Position numbers and translations under genes: made by a program | The notes under the pieces: model-generated | Told to the model about the DNA's origin: nothing | What the model saw: only the letters and a program-made list of their open reading frames with translations | Database searches by the model: none | Shown: positions 1 through 11,585 of the stretch, piece after piece | Position numbering within the stretch: the stretch's first letter is position 1 | Layout of the letters: every line of letters begins with the position of its first letter | Assembly (NCBI GenBank): GCA_003971905.1 | Contig: RSEE01000081.1 | Coordinates: 124,001 to 188,000 of the forward strand | Length of the DNA: 64,000 nt | DNA from: Moniliella sp. 'wahieum' | Taxonomy: Eukaryota | Direction of reading: 5' to 3'

Positions 1-291
1 ACTGCTCCCGTGCCCGCCCAGCCGCCTCGTGCGGACGCCAGGGGGCGGAATGGCGCACACAGACACAGTGCCCCGTCCCAGGGCGCTGCACGTGCTCTGG
101 CCCAAAAAGCAAGCCTGCGCAGTCGGTCCGTAGCACCCCCGCCTCTCTTCACCCATCCACCGCCACCGCCATTGCCATCGCCATTGCCATCGCCATGCCA
201 TCGCCATCGCCTTCCACCGCCATCACCACCCCCACCACCATCACCCCCACCGCCTCTCCTCCTTCTGTACCTCCCGCCTCGCCAGGGCGCC

Positions 292-3200
292 ATGCCCCCC
301 CACCAGCCCAGACGGCGAGCCTGTGCCCGCAGCCCACCTGGTACGTTGCCCCTGGTCCTGCCTGCGGCTCCCCCCCACTGCATGCGCGTCCCGCCCCCCG
401 CGCCTTGCACCTATCGAGACCGATATCGCTTCCTTGTTGGCCTCTGCGGCATGGCTGACCCCCCCCTCTCTGTTCTCTCCCGGTGCACTGACACCCGACC
501 AGGCCCACAAATTGCGCCAATTTTACCTTGCATTTGACCGGCTCACGCACCAGTATCTTCACGTCTCCGACGCCCTTCGCCGCCGCGGGGGCCCCTCCTC
601 CCTGCCCAAGGTTGATCGCCTCCCCCAGGACGACAGGAACCCGGCACGGGTATTCCCAAGGACGATGCTGCCAAAGACAAAGCGAAGCGCATCGAGGAGC
701 AGCGTGAGATGGACAAGTGTCTGCAGACGTATGGCGGCTACTACCTACGCAAGGCATTCTACGACTTTGTCAAGGTCCGTACTTTCTCCTTCCTCCGTGT
801 CCTGCTCTTCAAGTGCCAAAGGGAATGCTAACGTTGGTTATGATCCAGGCCGATTACGTCGACAGTGTCGCGCTGCGCTTCTTGCGTGCTCGCAAGTGGC
901 ACGTTGATCGCGCTGTGGCCATGCTATGTGCCACACTTGGATTCCGCCTCGACATGGACATCGAGGGGCTTCTGGCCCAGGGCGAGAATGGCCTGAAGGA
1001 GGTGCCTGGCTTTCTGAATCAGTTTCGTCGTGGCATTTCGTATGTGCGTGGCAACACTGACGCTCCGGGCGAGCACCCCATTTACTACATCCATGTTGCA
1101 CGCCACTTTGCCAGTGCTCAGAAGATTGAGACGCTCCAACGATTTGTTCTTCTGGCTCTCGAGTCGACACGTCAATTGTGTACGCCTCCTTTGAAACATC
1201 CATCGTGTTGATGGACCTTACTGGCTTTGGCCTCAAAAACAGTTGCGTATCCCCTTCCCCCCTCCTCCTCTTTCTGGTTGTTGAACGATGCAGAGAGATT
1301 GACCCCTTTCTCACAGTGGACTGGCAAGGGTTCTAGCTCTGACTCGATCTCTCGAATCGTACTACCCCGAGTCACTGCACCACATGTACATCCACGCCGC
1401 TCCATGGATTTTCCGTGGCATTTGGCAAGTCCTCGCGCCAATGTTGGACCCCGTTGTCCGCGAAAAGATCACATTCACAAATAAGGTCCAGGATTTGGAA
1501 GAGGCCATCCCGGCGTACAAGCTTCGGGTTGCCATGGGCGGTACGATGGAGTGGGACTGGGACTACACTGAACCCGGCCCCCGTGAGAACAGTCTGTTGC
1601 AACATACGGACATTGCCGATCGCATTCGGGAGGAGCGGGACGCGTTGTGGGAGCAGTTTGAACAGGCAACCTTGACGTGGTGCCAATCTGCTTCGGACAA
1701 GGAAGTGCCCGACTTGGCTTTTGACCGCCTCGTTCTCCAAAAACAGATTCGTCTCAAACAGCTGCAGCTCAACCCCTTTGTTCGCGCCACTAATGTGTAC
1801 CAGCGCCAAGGTATTCTCACCGAGGCCAATTCCCACACGTGGGAGTACCCGCAACGTTCTGGCTCAATCCGGACTCAGACTGTTGGTGAACGACACGATA
1901 TTCCAGCTTTGGTCGAATGGCTCTTGGACCACCAGCAGGATATCTTTCTCGATTCGTATGGGACCCGGTTTGGAGCCTGTGGGACCGACCGTTCACCTGA
2001 CCTCATCCCCACCTGGGTCAAGAAGCATGGTGGGCCAGTGCTCATTCCCGCTTTAGCCACTGACTCTACCAGCGCTCGACGTGGTGGCTCCAACAGGCAC
2101 TCCTCGCTGGTTGGAAACGCTTCACGCTCCGCCCCTACCTACCCTACGCCCTGTCTGATCGGACCTACTCTAATAACAGTGATGTGGTGTACGACGCTGT
2201 GTCCGCTTCGCATACTCGCTTGTCGTCCGGTGACGTCTCGACCTTGTCCCATGGCACGCAAGGGTTTGCCACGCCACCCGAGATTGGCTATGCAGAGGAT
2301 GAGGGAAACGAGGTGGTGTACGGCGCAAATGGCGCCCCTCGTGGTGCTCCCCAACCTTGGGTACTCCTGCTACCCCTGCTACCAATGATATGGGGTGGAC
2401 GAGAGCGGGGTAGCGGCCTCCAGTTCGGCCCAAACGGAATCGTTTGTGGGCGAGAACAAGTACCGGTACGGAATGGAGGATGAGTCGGGCGACGTTTCGG
2501 ACGATTCGGATGCCCCCGAAACGTCGGTTCGGCCCGATTACATTCCCGCCAAACCTGTCAAGCTCGCTCGGTCATGGTAACAGATGATGAGTGCCGTCAA
2601 GATCTCAAGGTGGTGCACCAGGTGATGGATTTGTTCCTTGATTCTCGCATGCTCGAAGCAGAGGAACTTTGTGTCGTCAATGCAGGCACACGAATGTACA
2701 AGGCGGCAGGCATGTCGCTGATCAACTTTGTCAGGCGTACATGACCTTTGAGAATGCCGACATCGAAACTGCGATTCATTGCTGCAAGCACACCATCCTG
2801 TGGCTTCGTTGCTTCGCAAGAAACATCGGGTGGGCCATTTTTCAAAACAAGAAGAGTTTTACCGCTCAATGTCCTTTGTTCAACTTCATGCCGAGATGTT
2901 GTTTGGAGAGATCACTTTGTTGGTCAACGTTTTGCGCATCACCAAAGCCCGCGGGGGCATTGGTTTGATCAAGCACGCACTTGGCTTGCGCACCGCCTAC
3001 ATTATCCTGCGCGACTTGTATCGCTTCATTGAGGTGACTGATGCCCGTTCGGAACACGAGTCGATCACCGGTAAGAAGGGCTCCCATCCTCCAACGGTCT
3101 TGGACGCCGATTTCCGGTCAGGAGTGTACTTTTCCTTTGCAGCTTGCACTCTCGTCTTGTCGTTTATGCCTGGCCGTGCGCACAAGGTACTGGAAGGTCT

Positions 3201-4868
3201 TGGATTCAATGGCGATCGTCAATTTGCGCTCCAGTCCTGCAACGTGCGGGAGGATGGTCCAGGGGCCGGTCGCAGCCCGCAGTTCCAGCGGAAACAGAGG
3301 GTATTCTTCGTCCCTTGTGCGACATCTTGCTGATCTGCTACCACGTCGTCTTGCCTACGTTTGTTCCTGTATTGGTTGACATTCGCTTCGTGGACCACAT
3401 CTTGCAGTGGAACTTGCAACGCTTCCCCCACGGGATCTTTTTCCTTTACTTCCAAGCGCGTCTGTACGCTGCCCAGGCCCTCCCTGAGGTCGATTGAGTA
3501 CTTGCGCCACTCGATCGAGGCCCAGCGCAGCTTTAAACAGCTGGACCACATCTCGTTCTTTGACTTGTCCCTCACCTATCTCTCCACCTGTGACTTTAGT
3601 CGAGCATACGAATGCTTTGATGTGCTGTCGCGCGAGAGCAATTGGAGTCGGGCCATTTATCAGTACGCGCGGGCCGTCTGCCTGGTGGAAAGCGGGATGG
3701 ACGACCAAGTCAAGAGCGCAACCATTATGCGTACGGTTGCAGGGCTCAAACGCAAGTTGGCAGTACTACGATTCCCCTGGAACAGTTCTGCACCGATCAT
3801 GCCAAGCTGTTTTGGCGCAGAACAATCGACTTCCCCTCCCGGGGATCGAGTTTAGTTACCTCTTCCACTGCATGTCCCAAACACCGGTCTTTCTCTTGAT
3901 TGAGAACACACTTACCCGCATCGACGACTTTATCGACGACTTGGAACGCTACTCGGACTTGTCTGCCTATGGCTCGGGACCGGGGGGACGAGTACTGGTC
4001 AGCATATTGTCTGTCCTTCTTCCTGCGTGGCGTGGCACTACGCTACGTTGCCTTCCCGGACGAACGGACAATCGTTCGTGCCCCACCCGAGGAAGCGATT
4101 GGCCGGCACAGCGATGTGGTGCAAGATGCGTTGCTTAGTTTCCACAAGGTCATCCAGCAGGGCCACCGCTCACCAAAAGTAACAATTGGCTCATCTACTT
4201 TGCCCATTACGAGCTGGGTCGTCTACTGGAGTGCATGGGCAACCGCGCCGGTGCAACGCACGAGTTTGACCTTGTGCTCTCGGGTCGACCACTGGAACAG
4301 TACGGGCGTGGGTACGGTAAAGCCGGTGCCGAGCACCACGTCCGACGTCCCACCACGGGCAAGGCACATTACCTCTTGGAAAACATGTGCATGCTCCGAA
4401 CGCGCGCATCGGCAGAGGCGATGCGCATTCGACAATCGCATCCGCTGTCGGAGCTGTACGAAGGAGGGCTGAACCAAGGTGTGTCATCCGTCTCGCTCGG
4501 CTCGCGCTCAGCAGGCGATCGTACCTTCTCTCGGGCCAATCATCCTTCTTTGCCGCCGCTGCACCAGGCACGACCTTATCGGACGTAATCGGCCACTCGT
4601 CCGTTCGCGCCCCTTCCTCCTACGGAGAAGTCCGCTCGGACTACGCCCCCTCTGAAACAGGTCCGATCGCCCAAGGCAGCCCGTCAACTCGGATCGTTTC
4701 CCACGTCCCCCGGCTCACCTGGCTCCCCTACCTACTACTACTGCTACTGCTACTGCTACCACACCTACCTCCCCCTCTCCTTCTGGCCCGGGCCGAGGCT
4801 CACGCCAGAGGAACAGCGTGGTAACCAGTCGCATGCGTAGTATGCGAGGGTACGAGGGTAGATCTTAG
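292..4868 (+). CDS. CRAL-TRIO (Sec14/Csr1-like lipid transfer) protein apparently fused to a C-terminal Iml2/TTC39 (DUF3808-like) TPR domain; several frameshifts
   Basis: N-terminal part: ADYVDSVALRFLRARKWHV (CRAL-TRIO N), DLTGFGLKN/MDW, YYPESLHHMYIHAAPWIFRGIWQVLAPMLDPVVREKITF (Sec14 core). C-terminal part from ~2580: DLFLDSRMLEAEE, QLHAEMLFGE, DADFRSGVYF, LEGLGFNGDR, RFPHGIFFLYFQAR, ESNWSRAIYQY (Iml2/TTC39). Introns at ~341-482, 774-848 and 1242-1316. Stop TAG at 4866-4868 after the frame is re-joined. Confidence 0.75.
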
Positions 4869-5179
4869 GCCTTGGGCCTTGGCCTACCACTTTGCAGCCT
4901 TTCTCCCCCCCCCCTCCACAGGGACCCTGCGGGTAGCCAATCGTCTTCTCTTCAAAAGTGCGCCAAGCAGCATCCGCGTCGAGTGCTCGATCGGTTCGCC
5001 GTGCCACCGCGTCCTCGATATCTCCTTTGGTCTATTCCTTTCAACGTCCAGGTTGGACCTTCAAGCTTCAAGCTTCAAGCTTCATTGACCATCTCTCTTC
5101 CAAAATCGCGACGGATCACCTCACCTCTCTATCCTTTGGCCTCTGCCTTCCTCCTTCCTCCTTCCTCCTCGATCCTCTC

Positions 5180-5372
5180 TATCCTCTATCCTTTATCCTT
5201 TATCCTTTATCTTCAACCGCTTTCCTTGACGTTGTCCCCGTCCCTGTCCCTACCCCTGTCCCTGTTCCTATCCCTATTCCTATCCTTGTCCCTATCCTTC
5301 CCCCCCTCCTGACGCGTCCACCAACCACTGTGGTCGTCGTGATCGCCGTAATCGCCGTAATCGCCGTAATTG
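5180..5372. repeat. Cluster of short tandem repeats (ATCCTTT 7-mers, CCCTRT hexamers, ATCGCCGTA 9-mers)
   Basis: Seen directly: atcctttatcctttatcctttat; ccctgtccctacccctgtccctgttcctatccctattcc; atcgccgtaatcgccgtaatcgccgtaat. Confidence 0.8.
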
Positions 5373-5909
5373 CAGTGGTTGTCGTGATCTACCCCCCCCC
5401 GGAAGCTGACCGGATGAATCTTGCATTCCTCCTGTCCTCTTCCCCTGTCAGAACGACAGGTTGAGATTGATTAGTAGGCGTGATGCGAGCCAGAGGTTTC
5501 TGATCTGCAGACAACGACCTGTTGATCTCTGTGACATCCTGTAAGCGGGCGGACTCGAGCCGAGATACTAAAAGCTCTAACCGCTACGGAGGGCCCGTCT
5601 AGTGGGGGCTGCGATTCTCATATCTCAGGATGACGTATGAGTTGTGAGTTGGCAAATACTTTGGATTCAGAAGGCAAAATAAAAGGCAAAATACTTTTGT
5701 CGATCAGAGTGGTGGCAATACTATACACACGAGCCCATGATACATCGTCCGTGTTGATTAGTTCTTTTAGGTCTTTCGGGTGTGTAACGCCGAAACGGAA
5801 GACCAAGTCGCCCCCTCCAAGTCGTCCCCTCTCTCCTAGGAAGAAGACTGGAAGGGAGGGGACTAACTTGCACCGACCTTCTCCCCCTCTTATCTTTCCG
5901 ACCGACGGC

Positions 5910-8234
5910 TCAAAAGGTAAATCCTGCCTGACGGAACACGTCCAAGGAGGTCGTCCCTTCAGCTGCCAGCTGGGCCAGGTCCATCCGCCTCATCTTGAAA
6001 AATGCGGTAGACAAGGTGGACCACAGAGGACGAGCTTGGACCGTCATCGAATCCAACGCCAACGCACCGCCCATACTATCCCTGTCACCTTCACCTCGTT
6101 CACCTTGTTCACCTTGTTCACCGTGGCCATCGCCGCCCCCACCACCCAATCCGGCCGTTGGGTCTTGGTGCGCCGACTGTTGCAGCGCCAACGCGGACAA
6201 TAAGGCTTCAGCGGCTTCCGCATAGACACCCAGTCGCAGACCTGCAATCGGGCCCGCCCCACCCAGATCAAGAAAAACGCAGAATGAATCCAGTTAGTAT
6301 GTCAGTCCATTCATGTTGATATTATTGATATTCAAGCCAAAGAGATGACCAGGTACGGTGTCTACACTTCACCCTGCCCTCAGATACCGTGCGTGTGAAC
6401 GGTCTCTCATGTGGACCCGAGGCAGGCGAGCGTAGGCCTTCCCGATGAGGCACACAACCCCCCGCAACCCCCCCGAAGAACACACAAGAAAAAGAAAAAA
6501 AGAAGAAAAAGACGTACAGGATACTCCGACGTTGTACATTGCGCGGGGAAAGGCCGGTCGTAGTTCCAATGCACGACGGTACGCTTCCAATGCAGCTTCG
6601 GGCTGGCCATCATTGGACAAGGTGGCCCCAACCGGTTCCAGAGCATCCCATCCTCCGGACGAACCGACAAGGCCGACTCAAAGCAATCCCTTGCCTGGTC
6701 AAATCGAGTTTGGACCGAGTACAGCACACCCAAGCCGACTTGCACATCCGCATTGACCTGGTGCGTGTGCAGGTTCATGTCGTGCCGCACCGCACGCAGA
6801 AACCACTCGGTCGTACCGGAGAGATCGGGGTGTGTAGTCAGCGGCTTGGCTGGGTAGGTGTGCAGCTGGTACCGTGACAGGCGGTACTCGAACCTGCAAG
6901 GACAGGGGGGGAGGATAAAGAGAACAGCGTAGGGTAGGCTTGCTCAATGTATATCTGGAGCGTATGGGCCGTTTGGTCTGGCAGACCTTGGTTGGCATAC
7001 GAGATGGCCAAGGGGAGGTAACACGCCAGGTTGGTCGGGTCATGTGCCAGGGCTCGACGTAGCGCTTGGATCGCCTTGACGTCCATCTCGTTCATGGCGT
7101 GCGCTTCACCCAGGATACGGTACCGTTCCGAAACGTCCCGTTGGCCCGCGGTGCCGGGAGACTGTTGGATCGACGCTTCTAGGAGGAGAATCGCTCGGAC
7201 CAAGGAACCACCTTGGCTGAGCAGCGTACTACCTTGCCCCAATGCATCGGGGTAATCAAGAAATGGATTGGGATGGTGCATCCGGTAGTCCCTTTCCCAT
7301 GCGGCGCCCTGGGATTGGGCACTTGGCTTCTTCGTCTCGGAGGCGTGGGACGAAGATGGAGTCTCAGTATCCTGTCCCAGCTGGGCATCGACCCCCCTTT
7401 CCGCTGCTCTTCCGTGGGACATGACGAGGGAGCCAACGTGGCAATCGTCTCGGGTAGCGTATCTGAAGCGTCAGATTCGAGTGTACGGTGGCGCTTGATG
7501 AATTCAGCCTCCCATCTCTCGTTGCTGATGCGCGAGCTAGCCTCATCCCCCGACATGGGGAGAGAAGGGGACACAACAGAGGTAGATGTCACGAGGAGGA
7601 CAGGGGGAGGGATTGGGAGAAAGGGGAGCAGTCCACCGTGGTTGGTGCAATGAGGTCGGCACCCTCGTTGGCCCAAGACCGCCTCGAGGCACGACAGAAA
7701 GAAGTGATGTGGCGGATGAAGATGGAACGGATTGGTGCGCCGGCGGCGCGGCGCGGGTAAATTCGTCAAGCCATATCGTGGTAGGGACAGCGGCGGCGGC
7801 GGCAGCTTGCATTCTGTGGGCAGGGGAAGCAGATGGAGCTGGGAAAGCGGACGAGTGAGAGCGAGGTTGATGGGCCTGGGAAAGTTGGTCCAGGTGGCTG
7901 GCAACCAACGCCAAATCAAACGGCCTGTCGGCCACTGAGCAGCTTCGGGTGGCGCCAAGCGCAACGGAGGAGGCGGGGCCCACAGTAGCTCGCTTTGGGC
8001 GCTTTGGCACCGCTTCCTCCTTGCTCGTGGTCCTGGCCACCTGACGGAATCTGACACCAGAGAGCGGGACTCGGTGTGCAGCTGTTGGTGGATCCAGAAG
8101 CGACATTGTCGAACCGAGCGGCTGGGGCGCGGGGCCAAGCAGGATTATAATCGTGCTGATGGCCGGCCAGCTTGGCCAGGGGTTGGCACCGCCATGCAGC
8201 TGGCCTCTGAAGACATAGCACCGAGGAAGCTCAT
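5910..8234 (-). CDS. PEX5: Peroxisomal PTS1 receptor Pex5 (TPR); frameshifted
   Basis: Start MSFLGAMSSEASC carries the N-terminal Cys. WxxxF/Y motifs WLDEF, WEAEF, WERDY. TPR motifs LGEAHAMNEMDVKAIQALRRAL, DVQVGLGVLY, LWNRLGATLSN, AYRRALELRPAFPRAMYNVGVSC. C-terminal LWSTL...DVFRQAGFTF. Intron ~6242-6518 has a TACTAAC branch site at 6293-6299. Confidence 0.92.
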
Positions 8235-9014
8235 GGTGGGGAGACGGAAGAGGGGGCTGAGAGGGTGCCAGAGACGCGTGCGAGCAGAGCCGGGCAAGAA
8301 GAAAACGGCGCTGGGGTATTTGGTCGTAGACTGGCAGAGGACACGGGTGTCTCCCCGTTGGTTATGGGAGGGGGGCGACACTGCTGTGCTGCCCATCTTG
8401 GTGCCAATCTAGTGCACAGGCTGAGCATCAATATCAGTCTCAAAACTGGGTAAGTCAGCGCGGGCTCAGCGGCTCACCCGCGTTAAGCGCGAAGCGACGA
8501 CAAGTGACTGACTCTTGAGTGACTAGTGAAGCTTGACGCTTGACGTGTAACATGTAACTCGGAATAACTAGGACCCGTTACCGGTTTACCGCGTTACCTG
8601 CGATCCATCGCATCCAACACAACCTCATTTATCTTCGCTGCCCGCCTCCCTCGGCATTGCACCGCACGCGAGGCGCGAAGCGCTCCAGGCGCCTTGCTTG
8701 CAACTGCCGTCTTGCCTTCGCCGCGGCCACCGACAGGCCATGTCGTCAGATCCCACTGTTCTTTTCGTTCTTGCGTCCAAGTCGGGCCGGCATGGCCTCG
8801 GGGAAGGAAGGGCGGAACAGGCTGGGCGGAATGGCCGCCCGCCCGAATCCGTGCGCAGGCCAGCACGGGATGGTTGGGGTGGGCGCGGCAGGCAGCGCGA
8901 CGTAGCCCAACTCTAACCGTTTTTATATCTGCCCACCCACCCCCGCTTCTCCACTCGGCCCGCCGTGCTTCCTGCCACCACCCCTCCCCCCCCCTCCTCC
9001 CCCCCCCCCCCCCC

Positions 9015-10880
9015 ATGGTGTCGCCGATGGGTCGACCGCTCCCGCGACCCGGCGCGTATGTCCTCACCTACGTCCTCGCCCACACGAGCAGCGTCTCCTG
9101 CGCCGCGCCTCGCCCAGCTCCGCCTCGTCCCCACCCGAGCGTCCATCCTCGCCCTCGCCCCCGCACCCCCACCACGCCCGCCTGCAGTGTGCCCCCACCC
9201 CCCACCCCCACCTCCCTCATCCACCACGTCGATCTCAATGCGTCGCTACTCGACGACGACTACCTGCCTGCGACCCACGCAAGCCACCCGCACGCCCTCC
9301 TCGTCGCCGTGGCCCAGGCCGTGTTTGATGTGCTCTTGCACCTGCGTGCCCACAAGACACTCAAGGGCTCCACCCAGGCGTTGACCCGCCGTATTTTCAA
9401 AGCGGACTTGGCACCGGCCTCTTTGTGCCGTCTACCGTACCCTCTTGCAGCTCTTTGTCATGGCCCGCGTCAAGTTCTTGCTGCCCAAGGTGGCCGAGTG
9501 GCGCAAGCAGTATCTCCCTGCCCCTACTCCGGCCCCTGCTCCTTCCCCCGCCCCATCGGGCTCATCCGTTCGGTCCCGCCGGTCTTCCTCTGCCCATCGC
9601 AATGGCACTACTACCCGCGGATCGAGTCCAACACGCCACGTTGAGGTATCCCATCGCGAGCGCTTCTTGCGCAGGGTGCTGCAAGTGCTTGAATCACGGG
9701 CAGTGGCGCCTTCTCTTGCCGGATTCTTGGCGGCCCCTTTCCTAGGTTTGCTCCCTCAGGGAATTCGAGAGTACTATGCATTGGATGCGCTCGTCAAAGC
9801 TATCAAGTTCCTGGTTGATGATGCCCGTTTAACAGGCAGGGACCCCTGACCAAGATCCCGCGCTGGGTGGGTGCTTCGTTGGTTTTTGCTTTGGCCAATG
9901 GTGAGCTGGTGTGGGCGACCCTGTTTGAACGGGGCACAGTCAACCGGATCTATGGCAACTTGCTCTTGTCCCGTTCCAGTGCCTACACCAGCCCAGGCCG
10001 GAGCACTTGCCTTCGTCGATTCGTTGGCCTTCGCAGCAACAGATTGTGGATACGATCGCCCAGTTGTCGACGCCCAAGAAGAAGGTCGCTGCGTACCCGA
10101 CCTACAAGTCCCCTTTGCTCTCCGCCCTGTGTTCCCAAACGCCCTCTTCGGCCTACGACGTGATCAATCCGATTTTGGATTATGCGCCTGCGCACCCGGG
10201 CCATTCGTCGTTGTTGTGTGCAGTGTTGCATCCCAACGACCCGAGCTGCCGATCGGTCTGGTTCCAATTCTGGCGCAAAGAGTGGCCGGCCAATTTCAAG
10301 TTGGTCAGTTTGGTTTTGGGCGCCGTCACGCTCGCCCGGTTCAAGTCGCTGGTCAAGGATCCGGAGACTGCCGTGTTCCGGTTGGGCATGGGCAGCGTCC
10401 AAGGCGCAACGTTCTTGACGGGCTTTGTGGGATCCATGTGGGCCACCCACTGTTTCTTCCAAGAATGGCTCCCGCGCACCTTGGTGCCCAAGGCAAGGTA
10501 CTTCCTCAACGGGGCCATCGCGTCGTTGTTCATGTTTGCTCTGCCTACGGCATGGCGGGGCGTGCTGGCCTCGTACGCGGCGCGTTACTCGCTGTTTAGT
10601 ACCTACCACACACTTAAGAAGCACCGCATCCTTCGACCCACCAAGAAGGGCGACATTGTTCTCTTGGCACTCTGCTTGGCTGTCCTGGCGCCATGTACGA
10701 GGAAGCTCCCAAGATGCTCGACCGCAATTACCAGCGGATCTTTGGTTTGCTCATTGGGTCCCGCCAGGGCGGCGCTGGCCTCGAGCCCACCCCCTCCCCA
10801 GAAAAGGAAGGCAAAGATTACTTTTGGCCAAGGCCAACTTGCGCTCGCTTAGCACCATCCATCCCGGCCCGGACATGTAA
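9015..10880 (+). CDS. TMEM135-like (Tim17/PMP24-related) membrane protein; frameshifted
   Basis: LVFALANGELVWATLFER...YGNLLLSRS and HSSLLCAVLHPNDPSC (C-x3-HP-x4-C pattern typical of TMEM135-like proteins), followed by several hydrophobic segments. Family assigned from remembered motifs, not from a search. Confidence 0.6.
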
Positions 10881-11585
10881 GGTGCCCCCCAGGACTACTG
10901 CCACGCTCTGGCGTTCTGGCGGTCCGACGTTCGGGCTCTATACGAGCCCGACCCTGAGCGATGCTTTTCAAGCTGCTATAGCCGAGGGTTGCTTCTGTAC
11001 CTACGGGTCCTTATACCCAAGGAAATACCTGTCGTGTGTCTTTGGTCTCTGCCAAGTGGCTTTGTCTTCCCCCCCCAAACGCAAACCCCATGCGCAGATG
11101 AGATGTCAGTCGGGTACCGGTTATGCTGAGATTCTGTTCCCCTGCCACGTATAGGGTTTCCGTAGTGGCTTGGCCCATCCTAGTGTAGCGACCTCCCTCC
11201 GGTGTCGGTGTCGGAGTGCATCAGGGGGATGCGGGGTGCGCGTCCAGTCCACCGGCGTCCGAGCGCAGCCGGCAGCGCAAGGGGGAGGGGCGATGATGTC
11301 ATCGGCCAGCAGGGGTTAGTATTAGTTAGGTTACCGCGTAGACATCACGTGACAGGGGCGGAATGCGGGACGACGTGGCAGCGGGCAAGTGGCGCCCTGT
11401 CCGGTGGCTCGCCAGTCTGGGGCGGCCATCCGAGTGACGCATCCACCCGCGCAGCAGCCGCACCTAACCCATCGTCCTTGCCTCGCCCTCGCCGTCGCCA
11501 TCGCCATCGCCATCGCCACCGCCCTCGCCACTGCCCCCACCACCAGATCCCCACCCACCACCACAGCCACCCCCCTTCCGTGAGG

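Noticed and set aside
6242..6518. Intronic snoRNA in the long PEX5 intron (also considered for the RPL43 intron)
   Set aside because: No convincing C (RTGATGA) plus D (CTGA) box pair with a terminal stem; an Infernal/Rfam scan would be needed.
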